DNA of 32,000 nt from Staphylothermus marinus F1 (GTDB taxonomy: Archaea; Thermoproteota; Thermoprotei_A; Sulfolobales; Desulfurococcaceae): contig NC_009033.1 in NCBI RefSeq assembly GCF_000015945.1, forward strand, positions 90,001 to 122,000, written 5' to 3'. Positions 1-8,813 of this stretch are shown in pieces; position 1 is the first letter of the stretch; each line of letters opens with the position of its first letter. The position numbers and the translations under genes were made by a program. The notes under the pieces are model-generated. The model was not told the DNA's origin, searched no databases, and was given only the letters and a program-made list of their open reading frames with translations.

Positions 1-32
1 ATTATATAGATGTCTTCGTGATGAAACATTTT

Positions 33-500
33 CTACCCTTTATTTAGGCATTTAGCTTTATCTAACGCTGCAACAACATGTCTTTCAAGAACTTCTGGTG
101 TGATGTATCCATATAGTTGATTGATTTGTTTTCCATTGACAAATAATATTGTCGTCGGTGTCCCCAAAATTTCCATTCTCCATGCGATTTCTGGGTTATA
201 ATCTATATTCAACCTGTAGAAACCTGCTCTTCCACTGTATTTTGAGGCCACATATTCGAAAACAGGGTGGTAAGCCCTACAATACGGACAATTAGTCGAG
301 TAAAAGTTTACTACTGTAACCTTACAGTTTTTTATGGCGCTTATTAATTCTTCATAATCATTCAGCTCTAATACTCCTCGAAAGATCTTTGAACAACAAG
401 TATATGTTATTCTTCTAGAAATTATCCGGTGAGCGATCTTCTCTAGTATAGGTGCGAGTTCTTCATCATACCCCATTAATGTACTGATCATATTTAACAC
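33..500 (-). CDS. thioredoxin-fold redox protein (CPYC active site) with ~50-aa N-terminal extension
   Basis: 155-aa ORF. It has the FYSTNCPYCRAY redox motif followed by a thioredoxin-like cis-Pro loop (LGTPTTILFVNGK). Confidence 0.7.
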   Translation of the reverse strand: MLNMISTLMGYDEELAPILEKIAHRIISRRITYTCCSKIFRGVLELNDYEELISAIKNCKVTVVNFYSTNCPYCRAYHPVFEYVASKYSGRAGFYRLNIDYNPEIAWRMEILGTPTTILFVNGKQINQLYGYITPEVLERHVVAALDKAKCLNKG

Positions 501-596
501 CTTTTAACCAAGGTTTTTAAATCGGCTATTTGTTTTTATTATGTCTCGTAGTCAATATATTTCCATAACAAATAGGATATTTTATAGGTGTGGTAT

Positions 597-1868
597 ATGT
601 TCGTTAAGGAACTTAAATGTAGTAAGTGTGGAAGAACATATAGTTTAAAGGAGAAGCCAGTGATGTGTATAAATAAGGATCTAGGGAGACTCGATATATT
701 CTATGACTATGAAGCAATAAAGAATGCTGTCAAACCGGAGGATCTAGCGAAAAGAGAATTCTACATGTGGAGATATAAGGAGTTCTTGCCGGTACCTGAT
801 GAGAAATATATTGTTAGCATAGGCGAGGGTGGAACGCCTCTAATAAAAGCTAATAGACTAGCCGAGAAGCTTGGGTTAAAGAATTTATATTTGAAAGATG
901 AAACACGCAACCCTACTGGTAGCTTCAAGGATAGATGCATGAGTGTTTCGGTATCTATGGCTAAGTATTTCGGGTTTAAGAGAGCGGTGGTGGCTAGTAG
1001 TGGTAACGCTGCAGCTGCGTTGGCTGCTTATGGTGCTAGAGCAGGTATTGAAGTATATGCTTTTGTCCCTGACTTCGCAGGATACGGTAAGATCGCTCAA
1101 TTATTGTTCTATGGTGCAAAAGTTTTCAGAGTTAGATGGGTTGAAGCAGAGGATCCAACTGTTAAAATGATGAGGTTATTAGCGGAGAAATATGGTTTCT
1201 ATCCATCACCGAGTTTCGGACCATTTAATCCATACCAGATTGAAGGCCCGAAAACTATAGCTATGGAGATCGTTGAGCAACTTGGATGGGATGTTCCTGA
1301 CCAAGTATTCGTACCAACAGGTGCTGCAAGCTTGTTGACAGGGGTCTATAATGGTTTTCGTGATTGGAACAATGTTGGATGGATAAATAAGTATCCGAGA
1401 ATGGTTGCTGTACAGCCTGAGGGTAATCATCCATTTGTTAGAGCATGGATGGAAAAAGCAGACCCCAATAAGATAAAGCCTTGGGAGAAGCCTCCAGAAA
1501 CAATTGCTACAGGTCTCGAAGACACTTTTCCATGGGATGGAGATGCAGGGCTAAGAGCACTATATAATACTAATGGTTACGGAGTAGTAGTCAGTGATGA
1601 AGAAATACTGGAGGCTATGAAGCTTTTAGCCAGCTTAGAAGGATTGTTCGCTGAACCCAGTGGTGCAGCAGGTCTTGCAGGATTAATTAAAGCATTAGAG
1701 GATGGAAAAGTAGATAGAGATGAAACAATAGTTGTGCTTGTAACAGGTCATGGCCTAAAGGATCCAGATATTGTTAAGAAGACGGCTGGAGATGCACCAA
1801 CTATAAATCCCGACCCTCAAGAATTCTTCGCTAAAGCTAAAGAGTTCTACAAAGTTGATTTCAACTAG
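597..1868 (+). CDS. thrC: threonine synthase (fold-type II PLP enzyme)
   Basis: N-terminal CxxC zinc-ribbon-like segment (CSKCGRTY...C). PLP-lysine motif NPTGSFKDR and a glycine-rich loop (VPTGAAS). The ORF track starts at GTG 588, but ATG 597 is preferred because GGTG lies 6 nt upstream. Confidence 0.85.
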   Translation: MFVKELKCSKCGRTYSLKEKPVMCINKDLGRLDIFYDYEAIKNAVKPEDLAKREFYMWRYKEFLPVPDEKYIVSIGEGGTPLIKANRLAEKLGLKNLYLKDETRNPTGSFKDRCMSVSVSMAKYFGFKRAVVASSGNAAAALAAYGARAGIEVYAFVPDFAGYGKIAQLLFYGAKVFRVRWVEAEDPTVKMMRLLAEKYGFYPSPSFGPFNPYQIEGPKTIAMEIVEQLGWDVPDQVFVPTGAASLLTGVYNGFRDWNNVGWINKYPRMVAVQPEGNHPFVRAWMEKADPNKIKPWEKPPETIATGLEDTFPWDGDAGLRALYNTNGYGVVVSDEEILEAMKLLASLEGLFAEPSGAAGLAGLIKALEDGKVDRDETIVVLVTGHGLKDPDIVKKTAGDAPTINPDPQEFFAKAKEFYKVDFN

Positions 1869-1914
1869 TTTTTCTCCTCCTTATCTATTTTTACTAGAAT
1901 TAGATACTGAACAC

Positions 1915-2412
1915 TTAGTAAGAAAATAATTGTTCTATAATTGTATCAATATCTTTTACATATATGATTCTCGTTCTTCTATAATTGTTTCTAGCAGTAT
2001 TATATGCATTTTCTTTACCGATTAACTCTATAAAATTCTTTGTCGGCTTAAGTTTGCTAGTGCTTATTTTAAATGGTTTCCTTAATAAGAATCCTTTACC
2101 AATTACCGCTACTGGGTAATCGTTTTTTCTATAGTAATGAGGACTATATATTATATTAGGATATCTTCTTATACTATTTTTCCATCCAACCTTCGAAATA
2201 TCTATTATTTCATCAATTATTATTCCCCCCACAATGAATATGCCTGCTTTACCCTTGACTTGCGATTCCCTAAATGCTTTCTTTATTTCACGTAATCTTC
2301 TTCTTTTTGACCAGAATTTTTCTGGGTATTCGGCGAGTCCAGCCATAAATAATAAAAGATCATTTTCCTCGAGTTTTTTATTCTTTTTATATGGAAGCCT
2401 TCCTTTCGGCAT
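1915..2412 (-). CDS. hypothetical basic protein, 165 aa, no recognisable catalytic motif
   Basis: Long ORF with K/R/I-rich composition typical of the coding strand in this window. It lies downstream, on the same strand, of the helicase and the GC-rich RNA element. The start is uncertain (ATG 2412 or internal Met23 at 2346). Confidence 0.5.
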   Translation of the reverse strand: MPKGRLPYKKNKKLEENDLLLFMAGLAEYPEKFWSKRRRLREIKKAFRESQVKGKAGIFIVGGIIIDEIIDISKVGWKNSIRRYPNIIYSPHYYRKNDYPVAVIGKGFLLRKPFKISTSKLKPTKNFIELIGKENAYNTARNNYRRTRIIYVKDIDTIIEQLFSY

Positions 2413-2439
2413 ATAGTATCTCGTATAAATTCCTAGGTG

Positions 2440-2593
2440 GTTGCCCGTGCTTTATTTTTTTGGTTGTTTTGGAAATTTTGGATATCTGCACGGGCTTCCC
2501 CCTCTTGGGTTGGGGCTTCATCCCTTCATCGTGGGGGCTATCGGGGCTCCACCAAGACCACTTTGAGCCCTTCATCCGCATTTCCCAAATCAT
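2440..2593 (-). ncRNA. GC-rich structured RNA element, either a stand-alone sRNA or a long 5' leader of the 165-aa ORF; class unknown
   Basis: I counted 56 G+C in the 90 nt 2491-2580 (62%), against a roughly one-third G+C background. Perfect stems: 2544-2549/2565-2570 (GGGCTC/GAGCCC, 15-nt loop) and 2443-2450/2488-2495 (GCCCGTGC/GCACGGGC, 37-nt A/T loop). The minus-strand heptamer GAUGAAG occurs three times (plus 2516-2522, 2524-2530, 2570-2576). A TATA box at 2615-2623 is correctly spaced for a minus-strand start near 2593. The three overlapping track ORFs have implausible composition. Confidence 0.4.
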
Positions 2594-2614
2594 TAACCAT
2601 TATATTAGTGAGGA

Positions 2615-2623
2615 TTTATAAAA
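2615..2623 (-). promoter_or_regulatory. candidate archaeal TATA box (minus strand TTTTATAAA) driving the GC-rich RNA and the 165-aa ORF
   Basis: Strong TATA-like octamer about 25 nt upstream of where the G+C content jumps (~2590). Confidence 0.35.
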
Positions 2624-2681
2624 CGAACCCCGCCAATCCATCAAAACAACCATAATATCCAAATAAGCAAATAGTCTTGCA

Positions 2682-2715
2682 TAGAAAGCAAAAGAGACTA
2701 TATCCTTGCTTTCTA
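2682..2715 (-). terminator. hairpin plus U-rich tract downstream of the helicase gene
   Basis: Perfect 9-bp inverted repeat TAGAAAGCA (2682-2690) / TGCTTTCTA (2707-2715) with a 16-nt loop. On the minus strand it is followed by UAUUUGCUUAUUUGG. It lies ~90 nt after the helicase stop codon. Confidence 0.35.
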
Positions 2716-2804
2716 GTTCTTTCTGGGGTCCTTGATTATTTGTTTGATTTCTAGTTGGCGATTTCACTTCGTATATCCTCCAAAAATATTTATTAGACTA
2801 ATGA

Positions 2805-5800
2805 TTATTGTTTGATTTCATTTATCAAAGCTTGTATGATTAGATATGATAAATATGTTGTTTCCGACATGTTTCTAAGATATTCTATGATTTGTTTTCT
2901 ATGTGTTTCATATATGGTCATTTTTTCACGGATGGTCTTCAGTATTTCCCGTATCCTTGATGGGTTTACTGTTTTTTCTTGTCCAGTATATTGTATCGCT
3001 AGTTCTTGGAATGAAACATTCTTAAGATTTATTGTTTGGATTTTTTGTGTTATATCAATTGTTTTATCCGGCATATTTCCAATAATTAATGCTAATTGTT
3101 TCATGTTCGCAGTTTTCAGCTGATATAATGTTTTCTCCTTATTAGGTATAATGATCTTATAGTCTTCATACATGATCTTTTCTAAAAGTTTTTTCTCAAC
3201 ATCAAGAATTTCATGGGGAGGTTTAATATATGGTATGGGTGGATATAGAGCAATTGCTGGATAATGTTTTTCTCCATCATAAGCATTTATTGCTACAAGT
3301 ATACGTGGTAATTCAGTTTCTTCGCCTACTACTTCAACCATTAACGACAACGCTAATAATTTCAATGCTGGACTAGGCTTAGGCACTACTATTTCTTTTC
3401 CACTAAATAATACCTTAATTTTATCTCTAGCCAAAATATAATCTATAATACGAAGCATTTGTTGCCTAATTATTTCCCATTCAAAATCATAAGATATTAG
3501 TATCGAATAGGATATATCATCTATTTCTGATAATAATATAGTGTCTAAATCAGTAAACTTGTATTCCTCGATTTTCCTCCTAACATCTAGCCAGTTAATT
3601 TTATCAATTATTCCAGCTGCTTCTGGTTCGTGGAGACTGAAATACTTGTATTCCCCTAGTTTTATGACGTCATACATTATTGTTTCAAATGCTATACCGT
3701 ATAATCTCCTTAACACGATCATTAGCAGTGCTAAACCCAGTCTTAACAGATCACTGTTCTCTCCAGGATCAACGCTGTATAAATAACCGTACGTATAGTC
3801 TCTATATTCTCCAGCCGTCGGTTTAGGAACATATATTTGTCTACGATCATAATATACAATAGCTTTATCTCCACGAACTAGAACCCTTGGCTTCTCCGAT
3901 CTCAGTTTCCATATACATCTATCAGGTATTTTCCTATACTTCCCGAAACCATTCCATGGAGTATAGACAACACAGAGTTCTTCAGATGTTAGTCTACCAG
4001 CTAATATGTCTCGCATAATATTTGGTTTCTCCCCCCAATTCATCTTAATATATCTATACTCTTCTAACGCTACTGCGAAAGCATCGTCACTGTAAAAGTT
4101 TATTTCACGTATCGGTTTCTCATAGACTGCTCGCACATAACGTGTAGTCTTCCCAGTATCTAGGTGTGTTATAATTGCTTCCTCAGAGTAGTCAATGTTT
4201 CCAGGCTGGAACTTCTCGACTAAATCACAATGCCCAATAGGTTCTAGAGGGATCAGTTTATCGCCTTTTACTAGGTATCTTTTTATTCCATAGGGGGGTG
4301 CGAACTCGTAGAAATTAATTCTTTCAAAAATCCATTTCATAAGGTTTTCATTGATGCCTTTTTTCGTGAGAACACCTGCTTTCTTAAGAGCTTTTTCCTC
4401 TAGTTCATTAAGTTTTTCTCTATACCAAGGTGATAATAGCTTTGCTAAACCAGTAAACAAGTAAATGTAGAGGTTATCTGGATTAACAAGTGTTTTCTCA
4501 ATACCTAGCCCAAGCCATTTCTCGAATACATCGAATCCTCTAGACAATAGTTCTTTATCCCACCTAGAGAAAGGTATGATAACTGTCTCTGCAAATCCTA
4601 ATTCTTTCCTCCTACCCTTACGCCCCTCCCTCTGATAATATTCACGTACATCGCTCGGTAACCCTAAATGTACTATTCTAGCAATTGTGCCTATATCTAT
4701 GCCTTGAGATAATGTTCTAGGAGAAACTATTACTTTTATTAATCCTTTCCGGGCCTTCTCCTCTATTTCCTCTCTCTTCTTCTTAGGAACTAGATGGTGA
4801 TGAGAAGCTATAGGCTTATCTTCTCCATATCTATGCTTAATGGTTCTAACAACTTCCTCCGCCATAGAAATACTATATGTAAATACTAGCGTAACATAGT
4901 CGTCTTTGAAATACTCATTAATTATTTCTCCATAATCAATACTTGGTGAAGGAAGATCTATTCCCTGTGAATGAGCAATAGAAATTATTCTATGTATGTT
5001 TTCGACAAAATATTTAAATGAATCAATAGCGTTGAGTAATTCTTTTCTTATAGTAGGATCTCCGATGTTTTCAACTAATTCTTTATTGTTTACTAGGATC
5101 TTCCAGATATTCTCGAGGTTTTTACCTAGAATAATGTATTGATGATTATCTACATTAAACGGTTTACCCTGAACAACTTCGTATTCCCGACTTGTTATAT
5201 CTTTTAAATACTTACCTAGATCTTCGGGATTAGACAATGTAGCGGTTAATACGGCGATTTGTGGTTTTACATCGCTATATTCTGATAGTATTCTGAGTAG
5301 TGCAAGTAGTAATGCAAGACTTCTAGGACCATAAAAATCTATTTCATCAACAACAATCATGTCTAAGCGTTTATAGAAACTATACAAGGGTGAACGAGTA
5401 GGATGTAATAAATGTTTCTTAACATCGTGTAGGATAAATGCTGGATTAGATATTATAATGTTGGTTTTTCCTATAAGGTCTCTTAACCCTCTCTTCCCAA
5501 TACTTGCTTCAAGCTCCGCTCTACGAACACTATCGAGTTGGATCGGCTCCTTATTTATCAGGCTCAAATACTCTCTTATCCGCTTTATTTGATCATTCGC
5601 TAATGCAAGTGTAGGATATAATACAAGGACATGTGTTTTCTCATCTTTCTTAATCATATTCATAGCATGCAGTATCCAAACCTCTGTCTTACCACTACCA
5701 GTTCCAGACTTGATAATCAAGTTTTTTCTCTGAGCCAGTGCCTGGTATCCCGTATATTGGTGTTTATAAAGTTTAAAACTCCCTATTCGATGATTAGAGA

Positions 5801-5924
5801 ACTCCGGGACAATATCTGAAAACGTAGCATTTGAGTATTCTGGCTCGCTTCCTTCATCCACTCGGTACAAATAGTTGTATCCAAGCTTTTCCAGTATAGT
5901 TTTTGTTCTTATACGCAAAAACAC
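2805..5924 (-). CDS. SF2 DEAD/DEAH-box helicase of the YprA/MrfA/Hel112 (COG1205-like) type with a degenerate DUF1998-like region and ~280-aa unknown C-terminal extension
   Basis: 1039-aa ORF with a GTG start preceded by AAGGGG. Ordered helicase motifs: LYKHQ, GTGSGKT (Walker A, nt 5685-5705), LYPTLALANDQ (Ia), VVDEIDF (II), LTATLS (III), TLSQGIDIG (V), QREGRKGRR (VI). Downstream, LGLALLMIVLRRL...FSLHEPEAAGI resembles the DUF1998 core, but no CxxC pairs are present. Confidence 0.85.
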   Translation of the reverse strand: MFLRIRTKTILEKLGYNYLYRVDEGSEPEYSNATFSDIVPEFSNHRIGSFKLYKHQYTGYQALAQRKNLIIKSGTGSGKTEVWILHAMNMIKKDEKTHVLVLYPTLALANDQIKRIREYLSLINKEPIQLDSVRRAELEASIGKRGLRDLIGKTNIIISNPAFILHDVKKHLLHPTRSPLYSFYKRLDMIVVDEIDFYGPRSLALLLALLRILSEYSDVKPQIAVLTATLSNPEDLGKYLKDITSREYEVVQGKPFNVDNHQYIILGKNLENIWKILVNNKELVENIGDPTIRKELLNAIDSFKYFVENIHRIISIAHSQGIDLPSPSIDYGEIINEYFKDDYVTLVFTYSISMAEEVVRTIKHRYGEDKPIASHHHLVPKKKREEIEEKARKGLIKVIVSPRTLSQGIDIGTIARIVHLGLPSDVREYYQREGRKGRRKELGFAETVIIPFSRWDKELLSRGFDVFEKWLGLGIEKTLVNPDNLYIYLFTGLAKLLSPWYREKLNELEEKALKKAGVLTKKGINENLMKWIFERINFYEFAPPYGIKRYLVKGDKLIPLEPIGHCDLVEKFQPGNIDYSEEAIITHLDTGKTTRYVRAVYEKPIREINFYSDDAFAVALEEYRYIKMNWGEKPNIMRDILAGRLTSEELCVVYTPWNGFGKYRKIPDRCIWKLRSEKPRVLVRGDKAIVYYDRRQIYVPKPTAGEYRDYTYGYLYSVDPGENSDLLRLGLALLMIVLRRLYGIAFETIMYDVIKLGEYKYFSLHEPEAAGIIDKINWLDVRRKIEEYKFTDLDTILLSEIDDISYSILISYDFEWEIIRQQMLRIIDYILARDKIKVLFSGKEIVVPKPSPALKLLALSLMVEVVGEETELPRILVAINAYDGEKHYPAIALYPPIPYIKPPHEILDVEKKLLEKIMYEDYKIIIPNKEKTLYQLKTANMKQLALIIGNMPDKTIDITQKIQTINLKNVSFQELAIQYTGQEKTVNPSRIREILKTIREKMTIYETHRKQIIEYLRNMSETTYLSYLIIQALINEIKQ

Positions 5925-6043
5925 AAACCCCTTAGCATATTCGTTGATATGATTATATTATCGAAAATATTTTCCAACATATTATTAATTGAGGAACCTA
6001 AACAATATATTTTACATAGAAATTGCCTCATACAAGAATTTAG

Positions 6044-7162
6044 TTACTCATATATTCTTCCCTTATCAAGTTCTCCCAGTAACTCATTTATGTTTATCAA
6101 ACCTATCCCCGAGAAGTAGTCGCCGGCACCGTAGCTTATCAAGTATTCTTCTCTATTAAGAGGCCATAATCCACAGGGGAAAATAGTTTGGGGTCTATCA
6201 CCGAATTTTTCATAGTCTTCTTTGGGAGCCATAATATACGTTGGAGTTACAGCTTTTACAATAATATCTTCTTTATCGAATTCTATGTGAGCAGCAAATA
6301 ATCGATATGTTTCAATATCATTGTCTACTCCATGTAGAAAAACAATTAATTCACGATCATTCAATTGTATAGGAGGTGTAGACCAACCAATCTTTTTCTC
6401 AAAACTTGATGCTTTAAAGACTATGATACTATCATTATAAATTGTTTCTTTAATACCATTTACATTTTTATCTGTGAATTTGATTTTGCTAATTAATGTA
6501 TAAAATAAATCTTCGATTAGGTGTGGCCTATGAAATAGATACAATTCATTATTGATTCTTGAACGATACATGAAAGCGTCTTTATCACTTATTAATCTAT
6601 TTCTAATGTATTCTTCGGGGATATGAACATATTTCTTATGCCAGTATTTGCCGTCTCCTGTTTTGCTGGGTAATTCTTCTCTAAAAGCTGTGACGGGGAA
6701 TGTTTTATTTATTTTTACTCCATTGTTAAAATAATATTTTGTTCTACCTGTATATGTCATCGCCAATTTATTGTCTAAAACATATATTCGAGGATCCTCA
6801 GCGCCCCAAATATCGTATCTATTATCAGGAACTATCACAATTTTGGCTTTGTATTTCTTACCATCGACATCGTTTTCCAAAATATCAACAATTGGTATCT
6901 TTACCTCTGCTATTGCGGATACATAAAGAAAATATCCCAGAATAACTCTTGGATAAAGATATACATAGTTGTTAAAAACTGCTATTCCAGGATTGAAGAC
7001 CGCAGTTGCCTCCTCGCTTGGAATTTTTGATATTGATATGTGTTTTTTAGAAATGACAGTTAATCGTTTAACAATATCTCTAGTCTCAAATACTCTTTTA
7101 GTAATAACATCATTTAATCCAATTGCTTCCCGGAATATTTGAATTGAATCAACTAAAGTCAT
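6044..7162 (-). CDS. GH130/DUF377-family glycosidase or beta-mannoside phosphorylase-like protein
   Basis: 372-aa ORF. FNPGIAVFNN...YLYPRV and WGAEDPRI motifs, plus a beta-propeller-like repeat pattern, are typical of the PH1107-related/GH130 family. Confidence 0.6.
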   Translation of the reverse strand: MTLVDSIQIFREAIGLNDVITKRVFETRDIVKRLTVISKKHISISKIPSEEATAVFNPGIAVFNNYVYLYPRVILGYFLYVSAIAEVKIPIVDILENDVDGKKYKAKIVIVPDNRYDIWGAEDPRIYVLDNKLAMTYTGRTKYYFNNGVKINKTFPVTAFREELPSKTGDGKYWHKKYVHIPEEYIRNRLISDKDAFMYRSRINNELYLFHRPHLIEDLFYTLISKIKFTDKNVNGIKETIYNDSIIVFKASSFEKKIGWSTPPIQLNDRELIVFLHGVDNDIETYRLFAAHIEFDKEDIIVKAVTPTYIMAPKEDYEKFGDRPQTIFPCGLWPLNREEYLISYGAGDYFSGIGLININELLGELDKGRIYE

Positions 7163-7437
7163 TTTAAACTACCAAACATTATTCATTACATGTATAGATT
7201 GTAGGAGAGTATATAAAATGTATGGTTCTATCAATATGTATAAAGACATATATTTCTCCCACTAATTCGCAAATATCCTCCGAGCATCAATATATCTCCA
7301 AACAAGTAATTGTATAGGGGTTAATATTTTTTCAGTATTTATAAAAATATGTGAAAAACAATAATTTCTAGCTAGATGGACAGTATGAAAAATAGGTAGA
7401 ATAAAAAAGATCCCCTAATGTATCGGTTTGATTATAG

Positions 7438-8739
7438 TTATATTTTTCCGTCCAAGAAATCACGATAACCCTTTAAATCTAGCAATCCATGGCCACTTAG
7501 ATTGAACAATATTATTTTTTCTTTGTTTTCTTCACGGGCTTTTATTGCTTCATCAATAACGGCTTTTACTGCATGTGCTGATTCGGGTGCGGGAATTATA
7601 CCCTCCGTTCTAGCAAATAATTTGCCAGCTTCGAATATTTGTTTCTGCGTATACGCTCTAGGTTCAACTATTCCGTGCTTCACCAATATGCTTAGTGATG
7701 GTGCTAATCCGTGATATCTCAGTCCTCCAGCATGTATAGGTGGCGGTATATACTTGTATCCGAGAGTGTACATTTTGATTAGAGGAGTTAAACCTGCTGA
7801 GTCTCCAAAATCGTAACGGTATTCTCCCTTAGTCATAGATGGAGCTGCTTCCGGCTCAACAGCTATGAACCTAATATTACTGGATTCTTTTAATTTATCT
7901 CTTATAAATGGATAAGATATTCCTGCAAAATTGCTTCCTCCACCAACACATCCTATTACTATATCAGGGTAAACGCCTATTTCTTCAAGTTGCTTCTTTG
8001 CTTCCAGCCCAATTACTGTTTGGTGTAGTAGGACATGGTTCAGAACTGATCCGAGAGAATATTTTGTGTTTTCACTATGTATCGCATCCCATATTGCCTC
8101 GCTTATCGCTATTCCTAAACTTCCAGGATGATCAGGATTTTCCAATAATATTTTTCTACCAATCTCTGTTTTATCGCTGGGACTGGGATATATTTCTGCA
8201 CCATATAGCTCCATTACTGTTTTACGGTATGGTTTCTGTAAATAGCTTATTCTAACCATGTATACAGTTATTTTTAGTCCAAACATTGATCCCGCAAGAC
8301 TAAGTGCTGAACCCCATTGCCCCGCACCAGTCTCAGTGGTTAACCTATCGATTCCTTCTCTAGATGCATAATATGCTTGGGCTAGTGCAGTATTGACTTT
8401 GTGGCTACCAGTAGGGGTTACTCCTTCATATTTATAATAGATTCTAGCAGGAGTATTCAAATACTCTTCTAAACGCTTTGCTCTAAGTAGTGGTGTTGGT
8501 CTACCAATTTCTAGGTATGTTTTTCGAAGATCACTGGGTATACTTATATATCTTTCCATACTAAACTCTTGCTTAACTACTGTATGAGTAAAGAGTTTCT
8601 CTAACATTTCCGGCTTTACTATTTCACCTGTGCCGAGCCTCATTGGAGGAATGGGTTCTGGCAGATCAGGCAAGATATTATACCAATAACTTGGTAGAAT
8701 ATCGGGTGTTTGAGAAGACCTAATATGTTCATCTACCAT
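7438..8739 (-). CDS. trpB2: tryptophan synthase beta-like protein, TrpB2 class (stand-alone)
   Basis: 433 aa. PLP-lysine motif [19 protein letters not shown] phosphate loop, and the extended N-terminus typical of TrpB2. No other trp genes are adjacent. Confidence 0.85.
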   Translation of the reverse strand: MVDEHIRSSQTPDILPSYWYNILPDLPEPIPPMRLGTGEIVKPEMLEKLFTHTVVKQEFSMERYISIPSDLRKTYLEIGRPTPLLRAKRLEEYLNTPARIYYKYEGVTPTGSHKVNTALAQAYYASREGIDRLTTETGAGQWGSALSLAGSMFGLKITVYMVRISYLQKPYRKTVMELYGAEIYPSPSDKTEIGRKILLENPDHPGSLGIAISEAIWDAIHSENTKYSLGSVLNHVLLHQTVIGLEAKKQLEEIGVYPDIVIGCVGGGSNFAGISYPFIRDKLKESSNIRFIAVEPEAAPSMTKGEYRYDFGDSAGLTPLIKMYTLGYKYIPPPIHAGGLRYHGLAPSLSILVKHGIVEPRAYTQKQIFEAGKLFARTEGIIPAPESAHAVKAVIDEAIKAREENKEKIILFNLSGHGLLDLKGYRDFLDGKI

Positions 8740-8813
8740 TGGCGCTGCATAAAATCACCTCAGAGCATTAATAATTTCAAGGGAGAGAATAAAAAAGTTA
8801 TGGTATTAGCTAG

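Noticed and set aside
2511-2580. C/D-box sRNA suggested by the repeated GAUGAAG
   Set aside because: The repeats read GAUGAA, not the RUGAUGA C box, and no CUGA D box lies at the appropriate distance. Kink-turn-like motifs remain possible, but a C/D guide RNA is not supported.
2440-2600. tRNA or split/intron-containing tRNA (plus strand shows ...GGGGCTCCACCA, resembling an acceptor 3' end with CCA)
   Set aside because: I could not build a cloverleaf on either strand. There is no GTTCRANYC T-loop with a complementary 5-bp stem. The D-arm-like GGGCTC/GAGCCC stem is 6 bp with a 15-nt loop, which is incompatible with tRNA geometry.
2624-2634. Minus-strand GGCGGGGTTCG resembling the 5' half of a tRNA T-arm (possible att site or tRNA fragment of an integrated element)
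   Set aside because: There is no complementary CCCCG strand and no tRNA-like sequence upstream (AT-rich). No integrase or flanking direct repeats are present in the window.
2387-2655. Three overlapping track ORFs (68, 76 and 72 aa) covering the GC-rich segment
   Set aside because: They are mutually overlapping on both strands, with W/G/P/S-rich compositions unlike any confident protein here. No SD or start context supports them. The G+C spike and perfect stems are better explained by structural RNA.
1915-6043. Helicase block as an integrated mobile element or genomic island
   Set aside because: There is no integrase, flanking direct repeat or tRNA target, and composition apart from the RNA element matches the surroundings. 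Island status cannot be claimed from this window alone.
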